A DNA stretch of 59,536 bases, counting the filler, from Stramenopiles sp. TOSAG23-2 (taxonomy: Eukaryota): assembly GCA_900128395.1 (NCBI GenBank). It is 4 parts of 4 records of this genome, joined end to end, with 100 filler letters (N's around TTAATTAATTAA, not from the genome) between each part and the next. Parts side by side here need not be neighbours in the genome. Positions count along the whole stretch, not along the records: positions 29,837 to 44,636 come from LT649744.1; positions 44,737 to 59,536 come from LT649745.1; 2 more parts are not named here. One strand, given 5' to 3'. The translations under genes and the position numbers were made by a program. Numbering within the stretch: position 1 is the stretch's first letter; each line of letters begins with the position of its first letter. A model generated the notes under the pieces. That model worked only from the letters and a program-made list of their open reading frames with translations, made no database searches and was not told the origin of the DNA. Of the stretch, positions 42,716 to 53,400 are shown piece after piece.

Positions 42716-42762
42716 TATCTAGGGTGTCATCATATCCTCCTCTCTGATCATCACCACTGGTA
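42716..42762 (-). repeat. Degenerate inverted copy of family A terminus
   Basis: Reverse complement TACCAGTGGTGATGATCAGAGAGGAGGATATGATGACACCC vs TACAGTCGATCAGAGGAAGATCTGCAATCAACACCC at 39217. Confidence 0.4.
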
Positions 42763-43119
42763 TTAAAATAGTAATCAAAAAACAAAAAAACTACATGTAC
42801 AATAATCATGGTGGTGTGTGCTGCGTGGATGGCATTTGTAGCGGGAACGACGCGCGTAAAAAAATTATTAAAAAAATATACCTGTAATAATAATTAATGA
42901 TAATATTATAGTAGACTAAAAAATGATTTCTGGATTTCAATGATGTTGAATAAATTATTTAAAAAAAATGTACGTAAGTCCAACACTATATATAATAGTA
43001 TAGAAAACCAAAGAGATAAATGAATCCAAAAAACAATTGTTGTGTTGCGTATATAATATTTACTATCTGAGTAAAGTTAAAAGTAAACATACCGTTTACA
43101 ATACACGGACGACACGAGG

Positions 43120-44352
43120 ATGCCTAGAAATAGACGGAACACTGGAGATTTGAATCTAAGACGACAAGTTCTTGATAAGAATTATAATAATTTTAATGAA
43201 ATACAAGAAGCACACGTCAGCACGCCACAAAGATTAGCGCGCAAAGCGCTTCCTAAATTAAAAAGGAAGGCCTCTAGAGGAGAAAACCTAGTTGCCAGAC
43301 TAGATTCTTTGTATGAAGAGGAATTCACAGGAAGATGGGCTTTCTTTACCCACTTTTTTATCAGTACTATTTTTGGCATTTTGTACCAGAGCATTTTTTC
43401 TTCTCCTTGGATGATAAAACAAAAGTGTGTAAATGATTCAACAATTTCGTATGAAAATGGTGTTGCATGTGGTTCTATATTTGCATATATATATTTGGGA
43501 GCAACATATGATGCAGTTGTGTTGCGGTCAATGTTTGATTATTTGTATTACTGCTACAATAATGCGATGGCAATCGTAGTTGAAATATTAAAAATATATG
43601 GTGTTGTAGCATTTTTTTGTATCATAGAAAGAGCCATATTGATTCCATATATATTTTCGAACGGTAGTACATGGTTATGGATATTTTTACCTTTTTTTTG
43701 TTCATGTGCTGGACAAGCTAATTATATACTTGGAAAAATTTCTGAACTATGCTTTCAAAATACAGATGATGAAAACAATATGTCGAAAGGTACGAAAGAA
43801 GTGTATGGCATATGGAATAAAGTCAAATTTTTGATATATATTGGTTGTTTATTTAGTGGCTTTATTTTTTTATCTATTTTTGTCACTTCTGATAAACCAG
43901 TTGACGTAGTAAATAACATAATAACTTTTGACAAGTTACCGATTAAGTTACATGTCCATCCATCACCTCGTTTCTCGTCTATAATTTTCGGAAATGGGTG
44001 TATTAAGCATTCAAAGAAAAAAAGAAATAGAAAAAGAAGGAAGAAAAAGAAAGATAAGGATGAAGCAGAAGATGAAGAAGACGATTTTTTGTTTATACCG
44101 GAAAAACGTAGGGACTCATTGGAAGTGTTAGGATTGCCACCTAAAAATCCAAATACTCCTTTTAAAGATATTAAAATTGCTTTTAAGAAGTTGGCGTTAG
44201 AGTATCATCCAGATAAATGCAAAATTGTACCAAAAGAGGAATGTACAAATCAATTCATACAAGTACAACAAGCGTACGAATATTTAGAGCGATGGGAAGA
44301 ACGTAGAAAAGAAACAGAGGAAGAATTGAGTAGACTAAAAAATAAAAGATAA
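43120..44352 (+). CDS. Multi-pass membrane protein with C-terminal J (DnaJ) domain
   Basis: About 5 hydrophobic segments; LEVLGL..IKIAFKKLALEYHPDK..FIQVQQAYEYL. Confidence 0.88.
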   Translation: MPRNRRNTGDLNLRRQVLDKNYNNFNEIQEAHVSTPQRLARKALPKLKRKASRGENLVARLDSLYEEEFTGRWAFFTHFFISTIFGILYQSIFSSPWMIKQKCVNDSTISYENGVACGSIFAYIYLGATYDAVVLRSMFDYLYYCYNNAMAIVVEILKIYGVVAFFCIIERAILIPYIFSNGSTWLWIFLPFFCSCAGQANYILGKISELCFQNTDDENNMSKGTKEVYGIWNKVKFLIYIGCLFSGFIFLSIFVTSDKPVDVVNNIITFDKLPIKLHVHPSPRFSSIIFGNGCIKHSKKKRNRKRRKKKKDKDEAEDEEDDFLFIPEKRRDSLEVLGLPPKNPNTPFKDIKIAFKKLALEYHPDKCKIVPKEECTNQFIQVQQAYEYLERWEERRKETEEELSRLKNKR

Positions 44353-44365
44353 TATTTTATATATT

Positions 44366-44636
44366 TAAGACCCCGTTTATCTGAGAGAGGACTTCCAAGG
44401 GACAAATAAATTTTTAGTATACTAATAACTATAAATTACACATATTTTACTATCAAACCTCGTGCATTATAATTCCTAGATCTCCCAAAAAATCATGAAT
44501 TTTGGAAAATTGGTAACATTTTTATTTTTAATCCAAGAAGATGGCATAAACGCACTCTGGAAATTGAGCATTTTTGTAAAGGGCACGACGGTGATTTTAT
44601 ACATATAAAGAATATTTTTTTTGATCAACAGAAAGT
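44366..44636 (+). repeat. Repeat family B copy, cut by contig end
   Basis: ccaagaagatg..gcactctgg..gggcacgacggtgattttatac..gatcaacagaaag is the reverse complement of 20122-20270. Confidence 0.85.
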
Positions 44637-44736
44637 NNNNNNNNNNNNNNNNNNNNNNNNNNNNNNNNNNNNNNNNNNNNTTAATTAATTAANNNNNNNN
44701 NNNNNNNNNNNNNNNNNNNNNNNNNNNNNNNNNNNN
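44637..44736. other. Synthetic contig spacer
   Basis: N44-TTAATTAATTAA-N44. Confidence 0.97.
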
Positions 44737-45612
44737 TCTACACTTTCCCATTATATACGAAGCTGAAACCAATACCTAAAAGTCATATACTGATCACCTA
44801 AACAATTTCTGATCCTTCTCCTGTCCATACATAGGATATAAGTCGAGCTTTACACCGATATGTGATTTTCAAGATCGGGTTAGTTTAGGGTTAGAGGCCA
44901 AAAAATGACCAAAATATTGAAATTTTTTCAGAAATATCACCAAAATACAATGTGTCGATTTTTTCTATCTAAATCTTCTACAAATTAATTCGAAATAAGA
45001 CACATCTCTTAACACATGTCTAAACGAAAGAAGTACATGAATATTTTGATCTAATTATGTTTTAAATGAAACTGACAAGGTATTGAATTTTTTTTAAAAT
45101 GGTGATTTTTTTTCAAATTAGCATTGACATAGGCTGGACTAAAAATGGAAAATTTCAAAATTAAAAAAGGTATTTTTTTGTGTACACATATACATGATTT
45201 TAGCAAAATAAGTATCCACGATCAATTAATATATGTTTGGTCATAAATATACGAGGTGGATCAATATTATTGTATCTACTTCATATTTGAATAACCGTTA
45301 AAAGTTAAAAAAAACGCGTAACCCTATAGCTGTAACACTACTTGATAGGTGCTTTTTGCTTATAGTGTCGGCTCTTTCTTACATTTTTTAGTACAAAAAT
45401 ATTATACTAAATGTTTGATAGGTTTCAATCTTCTAAAAACGATATTTACAATTTATGTAAAAAAGTGAATTTCCATCTAAAATATGATATTTTGTATGAT
45501 TTCATATTAATGGTATTTATATGTAATTTTAAGAAAAGGATGAAATTGTTAAATGACGATGTAATTTTTACATGTTTTTGGTGTTTTAAAAAATGGATAT
45601 TTTTATAATTAA

Positions 45613-46195
45613 ATGATTTCTATGAATTTTATAGCTTTTTTTAGTCATTTCTGTAAATTAATAATTTATTTAAGTACAGATTTTAATGTAAAAATTTGAT
45701 GCTTAAAATTCTGCTATCCCTAATTTCTGAAAACAAGAAATGTCAAAATTATTTTGCCAATTGATAGGAAAAATAGTATACTAGTGGAGCCTAAGTTTAA
45801 AAAGGTATTTTCAATATTTTTCCTTTGTTTTCATGTAATGAAATGAAAAATCCAACATCATAACAATGAAATAAAAGAATTTAGGTTGAAAATGATGATT
45901 TTACATGATTTCTATGAATTTTATAATTAATTTTAGTCATTTCTGTAAATTAATAATTTATTTAAGTACAAATTTTAATGTAAAAATTTGATGCCAAAAA
46001 TTCTGCTATCCCTAATTTCTGAAAACAAGAAATGTCAAAATTATTTTGCCAATTGATAGGAAAAATGGTATACTAGTGGAGCCTAAGTTTAAAAAGGTAT
46101 TTTCAATGTTTTTCCTTTGTTTTCATGTAATGAAATGAAAAATCCATCATCAAAACAATGAAATATTAAAATTTAGGTTGAAAATGATGATTTTA
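45613..46195. repeat. Tandem duplication, 2 x 292 bp, in AT-rich non-coding DNA
   Basis: atgatttctatgaattttata starts at 45613 and 45905; the copies are nearly identical. Confidence 0.92.
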
Positions 46196-46444
46196 ATGAA
46201 ATTTGATGAAAAATATGCGCGATGTAATGGTATTGCCTGGATTGCCAGCCCGGCCAGCTGCTTGCAGAGTTATTATAATAATCCATCACACCACTAATCT
46301 AAATCGATTTATGATGAATGATAGAACAAAATAAAAAATAAATAATTACAAACAATAACAGAAGTAGTCAAGATACATAATATATATAGATATATACACA
46401 TAAAATATACCATATCAATATATTGTTTGTCTTACGTATACATC

Positions 46445-48196
46445 ATGTTAAGTGCAATTACAAGATCAGCGGTGAAGAAACTGCGAAACGTTTCAAAGAA
46501 TAATAATATAAGAGCAATTACTACCTCAATACAAGTAAATTCTGAAGATGTAGGAGAACAAGAAGAATCTACTGGTGGAGAAGAGGAAACGGCAAAACCT
46601 ACGTATAAGCATATATACACCGAACCAACAAAAGAATTTCTTGCCAAAGAAGCTGTTGAAGCGTTCAGTAAAAATTATAAACATACAAACGGTGAACGAT
46701 TGCATCGATTTTTAGCAGATAAAAAAGGTGTTCATATAAGCCCAGTTAAAACACCACATGTATTTAAAATTAAAGTTAGTTCTACTAAGCAAGATCGTAT
46801 AAATTACAATAAAGCATGTGAGTTTGTGGATGTATTTTGCGATCGATTATTCGACCCTAGCAAGCCCGCATTGTCACGATCTCTGTACGAATTCCAAAAA
46901 AATGAAAAATTAAAAGAAATATTGCATGGTGGGAAAATATCAAAAACATTTGCACCATCTGATGATGATAAGAAGAATGAAGATGCAATTTTTGTGAACG
47001 AGACAAATGAATTATTAGAAGATGAAACAATGAAAGAATTTTTTTTACAACATTTAAAACGCGACGAGGAGGAAGACGTAGATATGGGTGAGGATAGTGA
47101 TCGCATTGATCCAAAGTCGCCTTTATCATATAATTTAAATTTATCCGATTACATTACGGACAAATACGATGATTTAAACGAAGGTTTTCAACTACCATCG
47201 ACACCAACAACGCCATTTAATGATTCGTTGGAAGATCGTCAATTTTTCCATGAAATGACACGTGCGAAAGGAGGTTTACCATTGCATTCGACACGCAGTA
47301 CAAGTGCTGGTATGAATGGAATGCCAGAAAATAGGTTTACTATCAATCGTAGTCCATTTGTACATAATTTGTCAAAAGAAGCATTTGGTTTCGTACCACG
47401 TATTTTCTTTGATCGGCGCGAGGTTTATTCTCATCCATTTAGTTACGATGAAATGCAAGATGTTGTTGATATGATAACAGAATTGGTGACTACGCCAATC
47501 ATGGCGATTTATCCAAGCGTGGCAGTTGAATGTACGCTTGAAGCAGATGCATATTTTCAATACGAAGGAAATTGTTATCGTGAACGTATACAGATAGGAC
47601 CATGGGGCAATAATATACCAAGACCAAAAGAATACGATGTTGAACGTTTCGAGGAGGATGATGCAAAATTTGTTAAAGAGATGCCAACAGGTATCAAAGG
47701 ATTACCATCAGGTGTTAAATTAAAGGAAGGTACATATTTAAAAGAAGAATTAGATCTTTTAATGCAGACGTTTGAAGAATTAGTACCAAAAAATGGTTCT
47801 AGTAAAGAGAAAGAAGAGGCATGTGCACAACTTCCAGAAAAATTAGTCGGGACTGTATTAGAAGGTCGTACGGTTGGTTCATTAGTGAGAAAATTTAATC
47901 AATACCATAATAAATTGATCAAAGAAGAATATTCACTTTCTGAAAAGGAAATGAATTTAGTATTAGAAACATTTTTGTCATTTAAATCTGGAACAAATAA
48001 TAGCAATGAAGATGAAATTTCATTTATGGATATAGTCGAATTTAATACACAAGAAAATTGGGAAAGTGTAAAACCTAAATTATCTGGGACAGTGTTGGAG
48101 GAACGTTCTATTGATGCCATGAGAAATGCTATGGAGGAATATTTCCATGGAAAAGAAGAGGACAAATTGATAAGTAGTGGATTTTACGGTGATTAA
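46445..48196 (+). CDS. Expanded mitochondrial ribosomal uS10-like protein with two C-terminal Myb/SANT-like repeats
   Basis: Presequence MLSAITRSAVKKLR; FKIKVSS, GGLPL..RFTINRSPFVH..SKEAF and PSVAVE resemble uS10 blocks. Confidence 0.55.
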   Translation: MLSAITRSAVKKLRNVSKNNNIRAITTSIQVNSEDVGEQEESTGGEEETAKPTYKHIYTEPTKEFLAKEAVEAFSKNYKHTNGERLHRFLADKKGVHISPVKTPHVFKIKVSSTKQDRINYNKACEFVDVFCDRLFDPSKPALSRSLYEFQKNEKLKEILHGGKISKTFAPSDDDKKNEDAIFVNETNELLEDETMKEFFLQHLKRDEEEDVDMGEDSDRIDPKSPLSYNLNLSDYITDKYDDLNEGFQLPSTPTTPFNDSLEDRQFFHEMTRAKGGLPLHSTRSTSAGMNGMPENRFTINRSPFVHNLSKEAFGFVPRIFFDRREVYSHPFSYDEMQDVVDMITELVTTPIMAIYPSVAVECTLEADAYFQYEGNCYRERIQIGPWGNNIPRPKEYDVERFEEDDAKFVKEMPTGIKGLPSGVKLKEGTYLKEELDLLMQTFEELVPKNGSSKEKEEACAQLPEKLVGTVLEGRTVGSLVRKFNQYHNKLIKEEYSLSEKEMNLVLETFLSFKSGTNNSNEDEISFMDIVEFNTQENWESVKPKLSGTVLEERSIDAMRNAMEEYFHGKEEDKLISSGFYGD

Positions 48197-48424
48197 AAAT
48201 AAAAGCTGCGTGTGTGTGTGTTTTGTAACTTCAGACAAGAACATATTTTTTTTTTAAAATTACGAGGTAACGTATTTATTTTGATGTACGAGTTCGTTAT
48301 ATATATTAATATTTCTTTTTTAAATCTTTTATCATGTCATATACCCGACACACTAACACATTTATCAAGATTCAATTTTTTTAATACTCTCGTACGAATC
48401 GTAATTTTTACATTTTCTTTGTGG

Positions 48425-49863
48425 TCAATAATTTCCAAGTGAAAGTTTGACATACTTTTTCTTCTTTTTCTTACCTTTATTTGCCACCCCATTGTTGTTA
48501 TTAGCAATACCTATAGTACTTGTCGTTTTACTACTACTGTCACCTAATGTTGGCCAAGCATTATTATTCCCACCAGATGGTTTCTGTTGACCTTTTGTAA
48601 TTGCTACACTTTCTCCTAAACTAGGCCATGATGGTATTGCATTGCTTTCTACAGAAGTCGCAACAAGAAAATTATTTTGATCAGGTGTAGTTGACAGATC
48701 AAAGAAAAAATCACCAATTAAGCTAATATGATCAGATGGTTGCAAATCATTTGGCATATGTCCTGCGGCTTTTATATATTTGCGATTTGGTACGTTAAAG
48801 TATCCTTTTGCTTGAATGTTATCTCCTGTGAAATACAAAAAATCAACAGTATTAGTATCTTTTCCATTTGTAAACGAAGTAAACCATGGTTCATTGTTAC
48901 CCTTATTATTATTATAATCGTTGTTGTCATTGCTGCCTTGCGGACTACAATCATATAAACTAGACAATTCACCTAATGAATGTTCGTATATAATCTTTTT
49001 CATATTTCGTTTCCGATTATTGTTGTTGTTGTATCTATTACTTCTATTGCTCATTTGATTCATTGCTTGAGCTTCTTGTATGTTCTTGATTAAATGCATT
49101 GCGTTTCTTTTAGAAATCGCTCTGTAATCAACACCTGTTAAATCTACACGACCAGTTCTAAAAAATTCATATATACCGCTATTTTCCCCCGAATTAAAAT
49201 CACCACAGATGAATACAGCAGGTGATGTTGGGGTACTATAACAACTGTTTGTTTCATTAATAAAAGTAGAAATGGTTTCGCAAAGTAGACTTGATTGTTC
49301 CATTTTAATATCACCACGTTTGGGATTGAATACAATATGTACAGTAGCAATAACAATATCAGGTGTTGTTCTTTCAGTAGCCGTTTTCGAGGATTGCTTT
49401 TTATTAGTGGTATTCACATCATGATTATTGTTGTCTACCGCTATATCACCATCATTGATATATTCAAATCTACACATAGCTGCTGCATTGTCTCTGTCTA
49501 ATATTGGATGATCTTGTACAAACAGCGCAAGTTCTTTCTTTCCTTTTAATTTTAAAACATTTTTTTTAAACAATATAGCACAGCCATCATATTTGTTTTC
49601 ACTAGTGCGTTTTTTATATACTGCTAGTTCATATTGATTTTCTTCTAAAACTGGTAAAATATCTTTATAAAAATGTTCTTTTTGTGCTTCTTGCAAGCAT
49701 AATATAGTTGGTGAATAGAACAATATTTCGTTTAACAATTTTTTATATCTATTTCCCCATGCTAATTCGTTTTGTTCACAGTATTTATACAAGGAAAGAT
49801 TTTCCTTTACTAAATAATCTGCTAACAGATTGTATGACATAATACGAAAAGAGGAATTTACAT

Positions 49864-49896
<33 letters not shown>

Positions 49897-50452
49897 CGTT
49901 ATTATTATTATTATTATAATTATTGAAATTGTTGCTGTTGTTAAAAGAATTTTCTTGTAAAGAAACATAGGTACGATAATGTTTAGAAGCTACATCCGTA
50001 TTATTATTGCTATTATCAACGTCATTGTCTATTTCCAATCTCAACAATGCTTGTTGCTCTAACAATATTCTGCGCTTCTCCTCTTTACGTTTTCTTTTTT
50101 TCTCTTCTTTTGTTAATTTATTTTTCTTTCTTTCTTCTTCAACTTCTTGTTTTCTTGCATCTTGTATACTTTGGCAATTATTACACAGCGTAATTTTTTC
50201 GTACAAAATGTCATGTTTTTCGTTGCATCTAGGGCAATGTGTTACGGATGGAATTTCCTTTACTTTTTTCATTCGATTATTATTTTTCGATAATATATTC
50301 TCACTGCTGCTGCTGTTGTTGTGGTTATCATTATTATTATTGTTGTTGTCATTATCATCATTATTATTTGTGGCTGAAAATATAATGACGCCATCTGAAC
50401 GTTTCTTTAAATTTTTCGCCATCTCCTCATTATCAATCGCCATGGAAGTCAT
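48425..50452 (-). CDS. ANGEL2: Angel-type EEP-family RNA 2',3'-cyclic phosphatase / CCR4-like
   Basis: IMSYNLLA, ILCLQE, DGCAI, LDRDN, HIVFNPKRGDIK (Angel-type), CGDFNS, VDFLY, PSDH; N-terminal CxxC..CxxC. Confidence 0.8.
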
Positions 50453-50473
50453 GTTATTTATGTGCAATAATAT

Positions 50474-53400
50474 TTAAACGCTTTTATTGACGGTTATCTG
50501 GATTATCTCTTTTTTTTTTACAACATATTTTGATTTTCCATCAACTTGTTCTCCGCCTTGTAAACTTTTTAATAAATCTTTTTGTGTTTTTTCTTTTTGT
50601 ATTTTTTTTTTCCTAGCTTCTAACAATGATTTCACATTATTAACTACTGTTTTGATACATAACTCCTTAAATGTAATGTAAATCACGAAAAAGATACATA
50701 AAAATACGGCACTTGATAGTAACATTAATAATGGTTCAATAAACATATCATTTGCTCTTGCTTGATCGGTGTCCATGCCAGACGCAGCAACTTCAAAAGC
50801 ACGATAACTAATATAAAAACCTGTTGCTAACGTTAAAAACAATTGCAAGGATGTTATAAATTGCAAATTTTGATCTGCTGGGTCACTGAATGGTTCCATT
50901 AAAGCTGCCATAAATGAATAGCCAAAGCATATTAATACACCAAAAAATATTTGTAAACTAGGTATAGGGACCATTACGAGGGCACCAATTAATACCACCT
51001 TACGGCCCATTTCTATAATTTCCCAGAAATAATATTTACGACGATAATCACCATAAATAGATCCGAATTCTTTACGAACTTTGATAACTTCCGAATGCCA
51101 ATTTGGGTCAATATGTTCATCATGATCGTCTGGGTCATGTGCAATTGCTTGACGATTTGTATATAATATTGCACCGAAAGCAACTGGTATACAAAATACA
51201 TATAGAAACATGAATAACCAGGCATACGATTTTAAACTCGTATATTCCGGGCTCTCAGGAATTATTCGTATAGACATATCAGCCGACAGATATGTAATCT
51301 TGCCATATGTTTTATTTGCAAATGCGCGAAATACTCGTAAACTTAAACCAGGATACATCATGAAAACAATACTATTTAAAAGCCGAAATCCATTTGCACG
51401 GACGGTTTTCATGTCATACTTTGGTTGAAAAATTTTATTTGGACAGAATTTTTTCATAAGAAATGCAAAAAAAGCCGCGCCAATTAGTAACGATATTAAA
51501 ACTGCAAACGTAACCATCATAAAGAGAAAAGTACTTAAATAATCTGTATTTTGCACGCATCCAACTTCTCCAAAATATTGCGTTATATCTAAATTAAATG
51601 GCGCATACATACCGTCCATTAATCGATCAAACGACTCGGGCCATTGTATTTTAAACGTTACATTAAAACTAGACATAATTTGTCCCCAACCAAAAATGAT
51701 TTTAAATGTTGGTCCTAATTTCGGGATCTTATGAATTTTAACTGCATCAGGGACATCCAAATCAAGTTGATTTGCTTGTTTTGAAAACCCAGCAGCTACT
51801 TTCTTCCCAGCATCTTTTAATTCTTTTGGTGCCATTTTATTTGCCATATCTAAACCTTTTCCTGCCAATTCCCCTCCTATTTTAGCACCATCTTTTGCCA
51901 ATTCCAATCCTTTCGCAGCACCATCTTTTGCCAATTCCAACCCTTTTGCAGCACCATCTTTTGCCAATTCCATCCCTTTTGCGGCGCCATCTTTTGCCGC
52001 TTCCATCCCTTTTGCAGCGCCATCTTTTGCCAATTCCATCCCTTTTGCAGCGCCATCTTTTGCCTTGTTCATACCAGCTTTCATGCCATCTTTTGCCTTG
52101 TTCATACCAGCTTTCATGCCATCGATTCCTTTTTGTATACCATCTCCATCAATATCAGCTCCTACAACATCCCCAACATTACCAACAACTCCACTTGTAT
52201 CAATATTCACTTGAGCTCCACTTGTATCAATATCAGGTACTACTTCAATCTCACCTACGCCCTCTGTTGCTGTTTTGTCATTAATCTCTTGAAATTCATC
52301 CGTTTCTTGTATTTCTGCAGTGTTGTCGGTTATATCAGCAATACCTTCTTTAATTGCCTTCGTATCCACATCTAACGCTGCGCCCACCATCATATCGGAA
52401 ACCATATTCCTTGCAAATTTTACTTTATTCATTTTTGCTTTAAATAGACTATATTTTTTTTTCCCTCCTGAAGTTTTAAATTGTTTAGCATGATGTACCA
52501 AGTTCTTTTCTTTTACTTCCACCGTATCATTATTAATATATTCAGTAAATTCTTTATCGTCTAAATGCTCTACATGTTCTTTTCGAATTTCTTTTTTTTT
52601 TTCATCTTTTGTTTTTTTAAGTAAATGTAAAATACAAATCGAAGCCCGTTTGAATACTTTCTTTTTCTCCGTTGGATGAAATACCTCTGCATGTATATGT
52701 TGCCATAACGATGTAAATATAGCCTCTTCAATTTTACCGTTGCCATCTGGATCAAAAACTATAAATATTTTTTTAATGCGGTTATCGGAAATTTTTTCTT
52801 TTGTAAATCCAGCATAATGCCGCACCGCAAATATCAATTCATCAACTTCTATGTACCCACTATCATCACTATCGATCATTTTAAATACCATTCCAGCACG
52901 CGTTAGCATGAATAAAAATACGAAAAAAAACAATGTTGGCATGCCTCCCATCAATAAGTTTGCAGCTGCTTGAATTTTTCGCCTGCTTGCCGCTAATGCA
53001 GGATCTGATGGATCCGGGCACTTAAAGCATTCTCCTGGGAGATCGTTACTTTTCGTATACTTTGTAAATGGCCCGCAACGACTGCAAAGCGGCGCAATAG
53101 ATTGCCATTGACAACATGAATCAATCCCATTCAGATTATATTTCATATCTACATTACAGCCCGATTTTTCATAGATTAAATTACAGTGTGCATTCAATTG
53201 TTTTTCCGTTAAACTAGGATATGCGGCAAGACAACTTTCGTTGCGACTAGTGTGAACAGAGCATATGGATCTTCCTTCTCCACACATACTAGTAATATTA
53301 CCACCCGGGCAAAACTTTGAGGTCTCTTTATTTGCATCTGGTGCATCGACATCTGCGCATACATACATCATAGATGATTCTTCCGAAGTTCGCCAATATC

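Noticed and set aside
20122..44636. Inverted family B copies as termini of a 24-kb element
   Set aside because: The copies lie on different contigs joined artificially, so their orientation is arbitrary.
44877..44897. True telomere
   Set aside because: Only 2-3 degenerate units, internal to the contig.
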